A stretch of DNA of 64,000 nt from Octopus sinensis (Eukaryota): positions 128,464,001 to 128,528,000 of the forward strand of contig NC_042997.1 in assembly GCF_006345805.1 (NCBI RefSeq). Reading direction: 5' to 3'. The translations under genes and the position numbers were made by a program. The notes beneath the pieces were generated by a model. That model did no database searches. It was not told the DNA's origin and saw only the letters and a list, made by a program, of their open reading frames with translations. This document shows, piece by piece, positions 48,649 to 60,528 of this stretch (position 1 is its first letter; every line of letters starts with the position of its first letter).

Positions 48649-49015
48649 TGATAAAAACGATAAGATAACAAAAGAAAGAAAGAGACCTTAATATTATGTA
48701 AATAGAGGAATTTATCTGTAAATGTAATATGTGACAATTATTTGGTAACCAAGATAAAACTCCGAGTTTCGGATGCCGAGGTGGAAATCCACGCCACCAT
48801 CTCTTCAGTTATCCGCCCATTGGAAAAACGGTATGAAAAATTACCGTTATACAAAGGGAAATTACTGTGTTATTGACCGCTATTAAAACAAAAGAGCTAT
48901 TCGAATGACCGCTAAGTAAGGTAAGGGGGTAAGAAGTTCATAGTATTCGCGTAAGCACGCCTGTTCATACCTAAACATGCGCACTCGCACACCCACGTGC
49001 GTATGTATACATTCA
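48649..49015 (-). mobile_element. Solo fragment of a second Penelope-type pseudo-LTR
   Basis: CpG-rich island with a hammerhead core ~100 nt from an end that abuts (AT)n; same layout as 11135-11937 but unrelated sequence. Confidence 0.6.
48752..48814 (-). ncRNA. Type I minimal hammerhead ribozyme (variant)
   Basis: GGAUAA-CUGAAGA-GAUG..GUGG-AUUU-CCAC..CAUC-C-GAAA-CUCGGAG-U-U-UUAUCU. Stem I is 6 bp, stem III is near-palindromic ACUCGGAGU, the triplet is GUU, and one extra C precedes GAAA. Confidence 0.7.
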
Positions 49016-49434
49016 TTCACCAAGAACAGTACCAAAGGCTATGCTCAGCCTTTATAACCACAATAACAGCATGCTTCTTCATTTCTTGAGTTAGCTGAAG
49101 GTCTGCCATTATTATTTTCTGAAAGAAAGATTATACGGAGTTATCAAAAAATGCAGCAATGACCCAAATAGGAATAGAAAAAGTCTTTTACGTTTCAAAA
49201 TGGACACAGAAAAGGGACACAGAAAAAATAAGGAGAGAAAAAATGTATGTAGTGGCTAACGATCTATCATATATATATGTGTGTGTGTATAAAGTGAGAA
49301 AGAGAGATGTACATACATAAATATATACTTGCAGGTGAACACATACATATACATATATATAATAAGAAATTATTATTAAGTCTTTAAGAAAAAGCAGATT
49401 AACTGACCGCACATGCAGTCATATATTATCATTA

Positions 49435-49636
49435 GATGACCTAGCAGAATCATTAGCATGCTAGACGAAATGCTTAGCAGTATTTCGACCATCGCTATGT
49501 TCTGAGTTCAAATCCTGCCAAGGTCGATTTTGTCTTTCATTTTTTCGGGACCAATAACATAAGTACCAGTTGAGTCAATGTAATTGACTTAGTTCCTCCC
49601 ACTGAACTTTCTGACCTTGTGCCAAAATTTGAAACT
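49435..49636 (+). mobile_element. tRNA-derived SINE family C
   Basis: gcagaatcattagcatgctagacgaaatgcttagc..ttctgagttcaaatcc..aagtaccagttg..gtgccaaaatttgaaac, then (ATT)n. Confidence 0.8.
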
Positions 49637-49652
49637 ATTACTATTATTATTA

Positions 49653-50222
49653 GGGTGGCGAGATGACAGAATCGTTAGCACACTGGGTAAAAGGCTTCAT
49701 GGCATTTTATCCATCTCTACATTCTGAGTTCAAATTCCGCTGAGGTCAACTTTGCTTTTCATCCTTTCAGGGTCTCTCTTTTATTCCCTGTTACTTGTTT
49801 CAGTAATTTGACTGTGGCCATGCTGGAGCACCGAATTTAGTCGAGCAAATCGATCCTAGGACTTATTCTTTGTAAGCCTAGTACTTATTCTATCGGTCAC
49901 TTTTGCCGAGCCGCTAAGTTACGGGGATATAAACACACCAGCATCGGTTGTCAAGCGATGTCGGGGGACAAACATTTGCACACACATATTCATATATGCA
50001 ACAGGCTTCTTTCAGTTTCTGTCTACCAAATCCACTCACAAGGCTTTGGTCGGCCCAAGGCTATAGTAGAAGACACTTGCCCAAGGTGCCATGCAGTGGG
50101 AATGAACCAGAACTATGTGACTGGTAAGCAAACTACTTACCACATAGTCACTCCTGGGGTCAATGTAATCAACTTGTCCCCTCCCCAAATATTTCAGGCC
50201 TTTTGCCTTTAGTAGAAGGAAT
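49653..50222 (+). mobile_element. SINE family C copy split by a family B insertion (C parts 49653-49774 and 50156-50222)
   Basis: C sequence stops at tttcagggtc and resumes at ggggtcaatgtaatcaac. Confidence 0.75.
49775..50155 (-). mobile_element. SINE family B nested in family C
   Basis: Full reverse-complement match to 14601-15000. Confidence 0.85.
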
Positions 50223-50237
50223 TACTGTTATTGTTAT

Positions 50238-50452
50238 TAGGTGAGCTGGCAGAATTGTTAGCTTACCAGACAAAATGCTTAGTGAGTGATATTTCATCTA
50301 TCTTTACATTCTGAGTTCAAATTCCACTGAGGTCATCTTTGCTTTTCATCCTTTCTGCGTTGATAAAATAAGTACCAGTTGAACCTTGGGACTGGTGTAA
50401 TTGACTTAACCCCTCCACTGAAATTGCTAGCTTGTGCTAAAATTTTGAAATT
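50238..50452 (+). mobile_element. SINE family C
   Basis: ggtgagctggcagaattgttagc..ttctgagttcaaattcc..gataaaataagtaccagttg..aattttgaaa, then (ATT)n. Confidence 0.85.
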
Positions 50453-51819
50453 ATTACTATTATTATTAGTTTGTCTTTTGAAGAATCACAGATAGTAGTA
50501 ACAGAGAATCAGTAAATTACAATGAACTGTATGTGTGTGTGTGCATGCATGCGTGCACACACTTGCACATTAGAGTGAACCAAGTTCTACTTGGTTAAGA
50601 CCTGTTGTTGGAACAGGTGGTATCTTAACTTGTAATGTTGCTTTCTATCTGAATTTCCTATAACAATAGAAAGAAAAAAGTTAATTAATCTTTCAGATTT
50701 TATTTTAATTCCTTAATCTTATCAGTGGGGATGCTCTTAGATTATTAAATCCATGTTCTTTAACTATGAAAATCATTCTGATGTCTGCTTAAGTTTTATC
50801 TTTCTGGGGTTTTTCTTTTCTCTCTTCTTTATCTGATACTTTTAAAGGACTAAAGTGCTTCTATTCAAACATCTTCATACTTTTATCTTGTCATCTATGC
50901 CTTCACAATCAATAAAATTCCCTTACCATTTCCCCTTATACACTACTACTACTACCTTCCCCTGCCATTTCTAAATCTGTTGTCTTTATGCTCCCTTTTA
51001 TCAAGATTATTTCTACTTTTTCATACCACAGATACTGTCCCATAATTTTCTTTACTTCCTAAGAAACTTCTTTGCTTTATTTTCCCTCCAGCATCCTTCC
51101 CCACTTGCTACTGCTGCTGCAGTGCTCAGGCTGCTAATGCTGCTGCTACTATTGTTGCTCTTGTGGCTGCTGCTGCTGTTCTTCTGTTGTATGCAACAGT
51201 TTTCTATCCTAACTTCTATCACTGCTGACAATCTTCATTACTTCTCCCACTCCCTCCCCTCTCCTCCTCCCCTCTCTCTCCACTTGCCCCATACATGCTG
51301 CCTGTTGTCTTGGCAAAAGGATGAGTCAGACAGAATGAAGCTTCCTGCAGATAATAGTGTGGATATCCAACAGTTGTTCATAGGATTGTCTGGGCCAGTC
51401 TCTTCTTTGACACACAACTTAATATATACTGGCAACTAGGCCCAGAGACTTGTTGAAGACTTTGCCATTATTGGCACCAGTATTTCTACTGGCTTCCATT
51501 CCTGCACAGTGTCTGTAGAAGGAAGCAGGCAGAATGGAAAGGGATTAGATTAAATAGTTAGAGAGAAGGGGACAGTGACAAGAAGAGGGAGAGAAAAGAG
51601 AGTGAATGTGTTTCTGTTTGGATAGGAGTGGAAATATAAACAACAGGGAGGTTAGGGAAGGAGGAAGGAAGAGAAAAAGGAGGAGGAGTTACATGAGATG
51701 ACATTAAAGAGAGAGGGGGTGTGTCTTCAGAGAATAAACTGAGTAGAATGATGTCTGTGGGATATTAACTCTGGATTCTCTCCTATGTACACCACCCTAA
51801 CATTTGTGTAGCAACTATT

Positions 51820-52871
51820 GGTGGATGGTGATGATGGATATTGTTGGGCGGTGTTGGGTGGTTTAGTGTGTTTGGTGGATGGGAGTGGGCAGTGATGGTG
51901 GTGGGTGGTTGTGAATGGTGGTAGTTTATGGGAAATGGTGTTCCCTTGTTGCTGTTGTTGTTGTGGCAATGGTGGTGGTGGTGGTGGTGTTGGATGATGA
52001 AGAAAGTAGTGGAATAATGTTGTGTGATGATGGGTGATGGTGGGTGATGATGTATGAAGTATTTCTACTTTGAATCCTGATAGAATTGCAAGCAATTCAA
52101 TCGGAACAGTTGTGATTCTTGAATGTTATACTGTTGTATGAATAAATAAGTCAGCACCAGTTGGGTAGTATTGGTCTTTTACTAAGGAGATATTACCACA
52201 AACAACCAAACAGAACATGAGGGAAAGATAGTATTTTGGTTATTGATTGGTTTTAGCAACAGCAGCACCAGCAGCAGCTCTAGTAGTAGTAGTAGTAGTA
52301 GTAGTAGTAGCAGCAGCAGCAGTAGTGGTAGGATTCTTCTCTGTACTAAGTTTCTAGCTAAAGACTCATGCATGCTAATCACTGTTGTGACTCAGTCATT
52401 CCATCTCAAAAGGTTTCATGTCCTTCTTCCCCACCACTTCCTAATTTTTTCCCAAACTATTTATTGCTGTCATTAACTGTATTGTTATTTATAGCACAGC
52501 TTATTGAGAACACAGATGATAGGTGGGTGGGTTTAGAGTTATGTTGTTGTTGTTGTTGCTTTGGTGGCTGTGAGATATCCAAGAATATGATGATCATTAT
52601 AGTATGGTGGTAGCAGTAGTCATTTGGTGGTCATCATGGTGGTGGCGGAAATACTTGTTGCTGTTGTTTAGTCACAAGTCATTCCTGTTCAGTCAGACGT
52701 TATCTCATAGGCATTCAAGGGGTGATTTTGCTGTTGTTACCAGCAGGTCAAACAACTGCATACAGGCCCTTTCCTTGACTTGGGATGGGAAGGATCAGTT
52801 CTAGAAATATTGATACAGATTGATATGGCAAAATAATGGTGGTAGTGGTAGTAGTAGTGGTGGTGGTGGTG

Positions 52872-52914
<43 letters not shown>

Positions 52915-53085
52915 GGTGGTGTTAGTAGTGTTGGCAGTGGTTATAGTGGTGGTATTTGTAGTAGTATTAATAGTTGCAATGCTAATAATAATTGGCAATG
53001 ATAGTAATAAGAAACAGCAGATGTAACAGTACTACTTCTGTTGCTGCTAGCACTGGTGGTGGTGGTGGCGGCAGCAGCGGTGGCA
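51820..53085. repeat. Trinucleotide-repeat-rich region (TGG, TAG, CAG, TTG)
   Basis: Multiple runs, e.g. 52256-52327 and 52836-52920. Confidence 0.85.
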
Positions 53086-54580
53086 GGGTATCAGATATGA
53101 TTGAGTGGGCGGTTGTAACCCTGACTTATTATCCACATTCACAATTGAACAGGAATAAATGTCAGGAAAAGTTACACAGAAAGCATTAAGCTGAAATGAG
53201 ATTTCTGAATAAATGTTGTTATTATTGGCATTGTTGCTGTTATTGTTTAGCCCCAGGTTGACTCTGATCAACATAGAACAACTCTGACCTTTTGCCCACA
53301 ACACAGCATATACTGATATATGGGGATTATTATTGTTATTGCTTATCACTAAGTTTGCCTCATTGAGCAGAGAAGATCTGTAATTCAAAATGTTCCTGCC
53401 ATGATTATCACATAATGCTTATACTGTATATTAACCAAAGCCTTACGAGTGATATTAGGTCAGCAAAAACTATGCAGAAGCCCAGTAGAAAGACCATTCT
53501 TGTTCTTTGGGGATAGACATGACTGTTACATAATTTATCATCACTATCTGGTCTTTGGGTACCACTAACAGTCTAGTGTGTTGCAAATATTTAGCTCAGG
53601 TGTTTGCTCTGAATATAACTTACTCTCTTCCTGCCAGTTTCAGAAGGTCTGAAAAAAAAAGGGTCATGGATGCTGCCCGTCTTCCTCTAAGTTACCAAAA
53701 AAATAAATAAAATTATATTCTAAGTTGATTGAAAATATTTACCCTTTTTAAAAACTTTCAGAATCAGTTTTCCATAATACTGTTACATAGAACATTCCAT
53801 CCTTTTCTAATATCATTATCCTGGCCAGTCTGAGAAGACCAGTAAAAATGTTTAATATCATCATCCTGACTAATTTGAAAACACCAGCAAAAGTTTTTAA
53901 TATTTTCCCATGTTTTCTTACTATAACACATAAATATCTGTCACCTTTCGATAAGTATTCTTCTAAGATTCAGAGAGAAAAATTTTATTATGAAGACACA
54001 CTATCTTAATGCTAAGAATCTCTGTTTGGAATGCTGTATCCATGCCATGAAGGTTTTTAAACTTCAAGCTATTGCAAAAAAGAACCTCACAGAAAATGTA
54101 GACATAGAGACCAAAAGTAGTTTAAATAATAAAAATATAAAATGCCTTCCATAAAGTTTAAACTGAACATTGTTTTGTTTCAGCAGTGCTAAATGTAAGA
54201 ATTTTATTCAATACTTCATCAAATCATCAGTGGGCAAAAAAACATACCTTCCTCACTTTAACAGAATCAGTAATACTTCAGACCAAGTATTTTGTGATAT
54301 TTAGCTACATCTCTCTGCCTTTTCAACTTTGCCCTTCATTACACAGGGATTGATAAAATAAATCATGAATTATATACCCCCTTTCTCCAATTTATGGCCC
54401 TGAGGCTATGATAAAAATCATTACTAAAGGTACCTGTCTGTACAGAGTACTCTGTCTACACATGACACTTATTAACACTAAGCATCTGTTTACATATGAT
54501 TGCCTTTGTCTACATGTGCTACGATGTGAAATGTCCACAAAAAGTACTCAATAATTTCTTAATAAATTATGAATTAGGCA

Positions 54581-55006
54581 GAAGAGTGGCTGTGTGGTAA
54601 GTAGCTTGCTTACGAACCACATGTTTCTGGGTTCATTCCCACTGCATGGCACTTTGGGCAAGTATCTTCTACTATAGCCTCAGGCCGACCAAAGACTTGT
54701 GAGTGGATTTGGGAGACAGAAACTGAGAGAAGCCCGTCGTATATATGTATATATATATATGTATGTATGTGTGTGTATATGTTTGTGTGTCTGTGTTTGT
54801 CTCCCCTACCCCTAACATCGCTTGACAAGCATAGGTAGTCTGTTTACGTCTCCGTAACTTAGCGGTTCAGCAAAAGAGACTGATAGAATAAGTACTAAGC
54901 TTACAAAGAGTAAGTCCTGGGGTTGAGTTGCTCGACTAAAGGCAGTGCTCCAGCATGGCCACAATCAAATGACTGAAACAAATAAAATAGTAAAAGAGAG
55001 TAAAAG
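54581..55006 (+). mobile_element. tRNA-derived SINE family B, full length
   Basis: Colinear with 14601-15000. Confidence 0.9.
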
Positions 55007-55320
55007 AGCTCATGGCTTAATGGTTAAGGTATTTGAATCTCAATCATAAGGTCACAAGTTAGATTCCCAGTGGCACATTGTGTCCTTGAGCAAGACACTT
55101 TATTTTACGTTGCTCCGGTCCACTCAGTTAGCAAATATGAGTACCACTTGCGATTCAAAAGGCCAGCCCTTGTCATATTCTGTGTCATACTGAATCTCCT
55201 TGAGAACTACATTAAGGGTACACGCATCCATAGAGTGCTCAGCTACTTGCATGTTAATTTTACAAGCAGGCTGTTCTGTTGATTGAATCAATGAAACACT
55301 TGTCGTCATCGCCAACAGAG
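55007..55320 (+). mobile_element. tRNA-derived SINE family E, directly after the B tail
   Basis: A-box-like catggcttaatggttaagg, then cattgtgtccttgagcaagacactttattttacgttgctcc, a central-domain motif of the V/CORE-like type (naming is inference). Confidence 0.6.
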
Positions 55321-56336
55321 AACAGGCTGAAGCAGTATAAATTTGCTTGAAATTTATTTAAATGAATTACCATTTTATGATGCAGGTATTATGGCTCATA
55401 TTTATGAAGTTTGCTTCACAACCATTTGGTTCTAAAATATGATCACACTGTATAGCATTTTAGGAAATACCTTATAAAGCAAACTTGTGTCAAGTAAAGT
55501 TGTGAAAATGAAATTTAAGAGATGGAAACTGTGAGGAACCCAATCATATATTTATTTTTGCATGTACATAGATCAATATGAAATAAGGAAATCAGTGCAT
55601 TAAATTCCTCATTTTATTTATTTCTGCCCATGTTTTATCCGCTTACACCAAGATCAACTTGCCTTTCGTTCCTTATGAGACTGATGAAATAAAAGAGAAA
55701 GTACTGAGTTCTATAATATAAATAACTAAAACACTTGAAGATAATGCCTCAGTATGGCCACAATCCTATGGATAAAGCAATAAAAAAGAAAAGTAAGCCA
55801 TAATTAAGATTCTGCTAGAAGTTTCATCCATATTTTAAGTACATTTATCCTCGGTTCTTAGAACATCCATTAGCCTCTATTAATGGCTATGGTTTCATAA
55901 ATGCAGATATATTCAGATTATAGAAACTTTTCTGTTCTGTTGAAGCTATTATGTAAATTCATGAGATATTTAGATTGAAAAATAATGTTTAACTTATATC
56001 AAGACTATGAGAAAAGACCAAGATATATCAAAAATGTTCTGTATGACATTCTTTTCCTTTTTCAAGTCATTTCATATTAATAGTTTTAAATTTTTGTTCA
56101 CCCTCCAACAAAATATTTACTGCTCACATTTTCTTTACACAAATATACATTGATATGTGTGTGTTGCAAGTTTAGCGATGAGGGTAGGGAGAGATGGTGG
56201 AATGAAATATCGAGGACGATACAAAAGGAAAGAATTGGTAATCATTAAAATAAAGACAAAATGAAATTACTTGGAAATCGGAATGAGAGATGTCAGCTAA
56301 GACTTGCAGCCAACTATTATACTGATGAACACCCAC

Positions 56337-56338
<2 letters not shown>

Positions 56339-56367
<29 letters not shown>

Positions 56368-56444
56368 TGTATGTATGTATGTATGTATGTATGTATGTAT
56401 GTATGTATGTATGCATGTATGTATGCATGCATGCATGCACACAT

Positions 56445-56475
<31 letters not shown>
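56339..56475. repeat. (GTAT)n to (CA)n compound microsatellite
   Basis: Direct reading. Confidence 0.95.
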
Positions 56476-56478
<3 letters not shown>

Positions 56479-56502
56479 GTATACCATCATAGAATGCATC
56501 AT

Positions 56503-56625
56503 CATCATCATCATCGTTTTAACATTCCTTTTTCCCATGCTTGAATGGATCACATGGAATGTGTTGGGGCACATATTCTATGGCTTGGATGCCTTTCCAG
56601 TCACCAACACACCTGTTTCCAAGCA
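56503..56625 (-). mobile_element. RTE-type tail variant (family A-like)
   Basis: (cat)n-cgttttaacattcctttttcccatgct..ggatgcctttccagtcaccaac. Confidence 0.6.
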
Positions 56626-57189
56626 AGGTAATAATCCCCTAGTCTGCTGAATAACAAACAACTTGACTATAACCTTACTTGAATGAGACTTTTGTTTACA
56701 AACATTGTGCAACATGCAAAGACATACCAACAAGCTTAGACATGCTTTTTCAGCTGACTGCAAGAAAAGGACACCATCTATATTGACAGCAAGGCTGTTG
56801 TACATAGTCATCAAACACATAAAATTGAGGGGAATACAAACTTACAGAAACACACATTTACACAATTTCATAGACATACTGTTGCCCCCAGCCAACCAAA
56901 GTCTCATGAGAGGATTTGAGAGCGAGAAACTGGAAGAAGTCTGTTGTATATGTATAAATATATATACAGGATGTTTGGGTTAAATTTGACAGTTTGTTAA
57001 AAGGAAAAGAAAACAAATATTCCATCCAAAAATAAAAGTATTTTAAAAAATCAAAAAGTATCAACTAGAATGTGGCTGGAAGATAACAGTTTACTTGAAG
57101 TAGCTGCCCTCAACTTCTACCATGAGTTAGTTTCAATATGAGTTAGTTTCAAAGAGTTCTGAGATTAGTTATGTTTAATATAAGATAAG

Positions 57190-57395
57190 TTATTTACCTG
57201 AGTTTTAACATCATCTTCTTCAAAATAGTCACCTTGTGCAACAATACACCAGTCCTAGTGTTTCTGCCACTTTTGGAATCTGTCCTGGGAGTTGTTTTCT
57301 GTGAGTGAGCCGAGGACCTTCTGCGATCCACTCTTGATCTTGACAATGACCTCCTTTGAGCTGCATTTTCATCTTACAGAAGAAATGAAAGTTTA
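57190..57395 (-). pseudogene. Mariner transposase C-terminal relic
   Basis: FFCKMKMQLKG and SQDRFQKWQKH*DWCIVAQGDYFEE (cf. F.KLK..LKG and FQ.W..RW..CI...G.YFE). Confidence 0.65.
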
Positions 57396-57614
57396 TTAGT
57401 CCTCTGTTGTTTCAAAATAAATGCATTCACATTCATATACACACACATATATGTATTATAAATAATTTGCCATCATTGTCATTTTCACATCCACCTCCAT
57501 ACTCACATGGATCAGCTAGAATTTTCTACAAACAGATGCCTTCTTGTTTATATACATACATGTGTGTGTATACATACATACGTATATATATATATATATA
57601 TATTATTTTAAACA

Positions 57615-57858
57615 CCGGTGCCATGTAAAAGTACTAGCACCACATAAAAGCACCCATGCAGCGATATGTAAAAGACCCATGCAATGCCACATAAAAGCAC
57701 CCAGCACACTTTGTAAAGTGGTTCACATTAGGAAGGGCATCCAGCCATAGAAACCATGTCAAATCAGACTGGAGTCTGGTACAGCTCCCCAACTTGCCAG
57801 CTCTGGTCAAACCATCAAAACCATGCCAGCATGGACAACAGATGTTAAATGATGATGA
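57615..57858 (+). mobile_element. RTE-type 3' tail (family A) with repeated gccacataaaagcaccc modules
   Basis: ttaggaagggcatccagccatagaaac..ccatgccagcatggacaacagatgttaaat(gat)n. Confidence 0.8.
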
Positions 57859-57930
57859 GGATAAATTCAAAATTGGTTGATTTTTCTCCTCAAATCCTAT
57901 GGAATTGTCAATGACACTGGTATGCATGTA

Positions 57931-58806
57931 TAAGGTCTGATCAATAAGTATCCAGACTGTTGCAGTAGTAATGAAGTTAAAGCACGCAGAGTGAAGCCAC
58001 TTGGAAGAGATTGACTTTGAACTCTGCTGTGCATGTGCACTAAGTTTTAACGTTCTAGCTCACTTCTGCTGTTTACAGCAGTGCTTGGAAGGAAGGTATG
58101 TAGCATGTGATCGTCACATTGACCATGACATAAAAAGTTGTCATGGCAACTGAGAGGCCAACACAAAGTTGCAGAAATTATATGGAGAGGAGTGTATGAG
58201 CTGCACACAAATGTACAAGTGGTTCGGACGTTTCCAGGATGGCCAAAAAAATGTTGATATTGACGAACATTCTGGGAGGCCCGCAACCAACAAAACTAAG
58301 AGAAACATTGCAGTTGTGCATGCTACTGTGAGGGGAAATTGACAAATCACCATCCTTGAGTTATCAGAGGTTGTACAGATTAGTAATGGTTCAGTTCAGT
58401 CCATTATCACTGAAGATTTGGGTATGAGACATATGTCTACCAAGTTTGTGCAAAACTGCTTTCAGCTGACCAAAAAGACACTCAGGTTTCAGTTGCACAA
58501 GATCTCCTTGATTGTGTTGGGAATGATTAAAACTTTTTGAAAACTTTACATAGGCCTCTGAGCAGGTATCGCCAAGCTTTTGGCAAAATTTGATGCAGAT
58601 ACTCTACTCACCTTTTTCTGTTATAGTTAATGTGATGATCACACGCTACACACTTTCCTTCCAAGCAGTGAAAGTGAGCTGGAACATTAAAACTTAATGC
58701 ACATGCACAGCAGAGTTCAAGGTCAATCTTTGTCGAGCAGCTTCATTTTGCATACTTTAGCTTCATTACTATGGCAACAGTCCGAATACTTATTGATCAG
58801 ACCGCA
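57931..58806 (+). mobile_element. Internally deleted mariner element with TA target duplication and ~180-195-bp TIRs
   Basis: ta|taaggtctgatcaataagta.. and ..tacttattgatcagaccgca|ta. Decayed N-terminal HTH: KLYGEECMS..MYKWFGRFQDG..DEHSGRP..ITEDLGMRH.STKFV. Confidence 0.85.
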
Positions 58807-60049
58807 TATTCATATATTAATACGTTTGTGAAGTTAGATAGATATATGAAGGTAAAAGTATACATATGTTTAGGTATTCAGGTAAGAAGGTAGATAAATA
58901 TGATGGTAGATAGTATTTGATAATCTATTATATTTAGTGTGATGTATAACTATATAGTTAAAACTTCTGCATTATAATTGCTATTCACTGTCATTTAATT
59001 TCATTTGATAGATTTTAAAATTCAATATAAACAAATTCAACAAACAGATTACTGAAATTCATTTCACAGGCTCTTTATCTGGTTATAGAAATACTATATT
59101 AATTAGTTTTTATATTTTTTATTTTTGATATTTTGTTCTCTATCTTTCCTCAAACGCTTTAATTCTATTATTCTAACTCATTTGTGCACTATCTATAGCC
59201 AGTCATATAGATAGTTTTGAAATATTAATAATTCCAAAGTAAGAGTAACTTACTTTGGTGGAAAAACTCACCAAAAGTAAATAAACGCTGGTTGCTGCCA
59301 AGTCGCCAGAACAATTAGCATCAATGAAGAAGAACTTTAGTGAAGGCATGTAATTTAACAAAATGAGATGGAACACTCATATATTACATCCGATGTTGTG
59401 CAGGTCATCGTTATTAAACTGACAGTCATAGGAATCTATGAAAATTCTTCTGAAATTTTATTTCTGCAGCATTCATACTACATTCCTGCACCATCCCTTC
59501 ATTTCTTTTGCCTCTTCCTGCTATTCCCACTACTTCTACTCCTCCTCATTCTGTTCTGTACATTAGTTTGCTTATAGTGTGATATTATTGTACAGTGATA
59601 TCAGATATCTACTGGATAGCCATGACTAATAATCAATAGATATCTTATTAGGCTAAATTATTTGTTCAAGCAGAGTTAGTTACTTCCTCCTTTTTCTCTC
59701 CTTCTCTCTTTCTGGAAAATGAACTGTTGTAGAATTATACCTTTTTGGAAAACTTGTTGAATTTTGGTGTGTGTGTGTGTGTGTGCATGCACTTGTTTGC
59801 ATGTGTATAGGAGTGCATGTGTACATATCTGTGTGTTGATACATTTGTCTCTAGAGATAATGAATTTCCTCACTGCTATCAGCTTCACATACATACATTG
59901 TAGATATATATACATGCATGGACACAAACACACACACACATGCGCACTCACACACACATATATGCACATATATACATACATGTATGTGGGGGGTGTATAT
60001 ATACACATACCAAAATGTGTACATATACTTTATGCACATATACATATGC

Positions 60050-60083
<34 letters not shown>

Positions 60084-60239
60084 ATATATATATGTCTACA
60101 CCAGTGTTGCATAACCAGCTCATTTAAAAAGTACCTTTGAATCATTGGGCAACATTCTGTGCTTGAGGAGACCTATTGAGTCAAGTAAATTCAAAATGAA
60201 AATCAAATCAAATTACAATCAAATGGAAATTGTAGTTCT

Positions 60240-60528
60240 AGCTGATGCCAGTGCTACCTGACTGGCTTCCATGCTGGCAGCACGCAGTAAACACCATGCA
60301 TGCTTGGGCCATTGCCAAGTCCACCTGACTGGCTCCTGTGCCAGTGACACGTAAAAATCACCCACTACAGTCTTGGAGTGATTGGCATTAGGAAGGGCAT
60401 CCAGCTGTAGGAATACTGCTAGATCAGACTGGAGCCCAGTCAGCCTCCTGGTTTGCCAGTTCCCAGTCACACCATCCAACCCATGCCAGCATGGAAAACG
60501 GACATTAAATGATGATGCTGATGATGAT
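60240..60528 (+). mobile_element. RTE-type 3' tail (family A)
   Basis: ttaggaagggcatccagctgtag..ccaacccatgccagcatggaaaacggacattaaat(gat)n. Confidence 0.85.

Noticed and set aside
51727-52095. His/Pro/Gln-rich 122-aa ORF resembling a transcription-factor region
   Set aside because: TTG start, derived from (TGG/TGA/TTG)n repeats, a neighbouring frame is similarly open, and there is no domain or credible exon boundary.
53624-53655. LLKLAG resemblance to a 2A peptide
   Set aside because: Lacks the DxExNPGP motif and is followed by a stop; coincidence.
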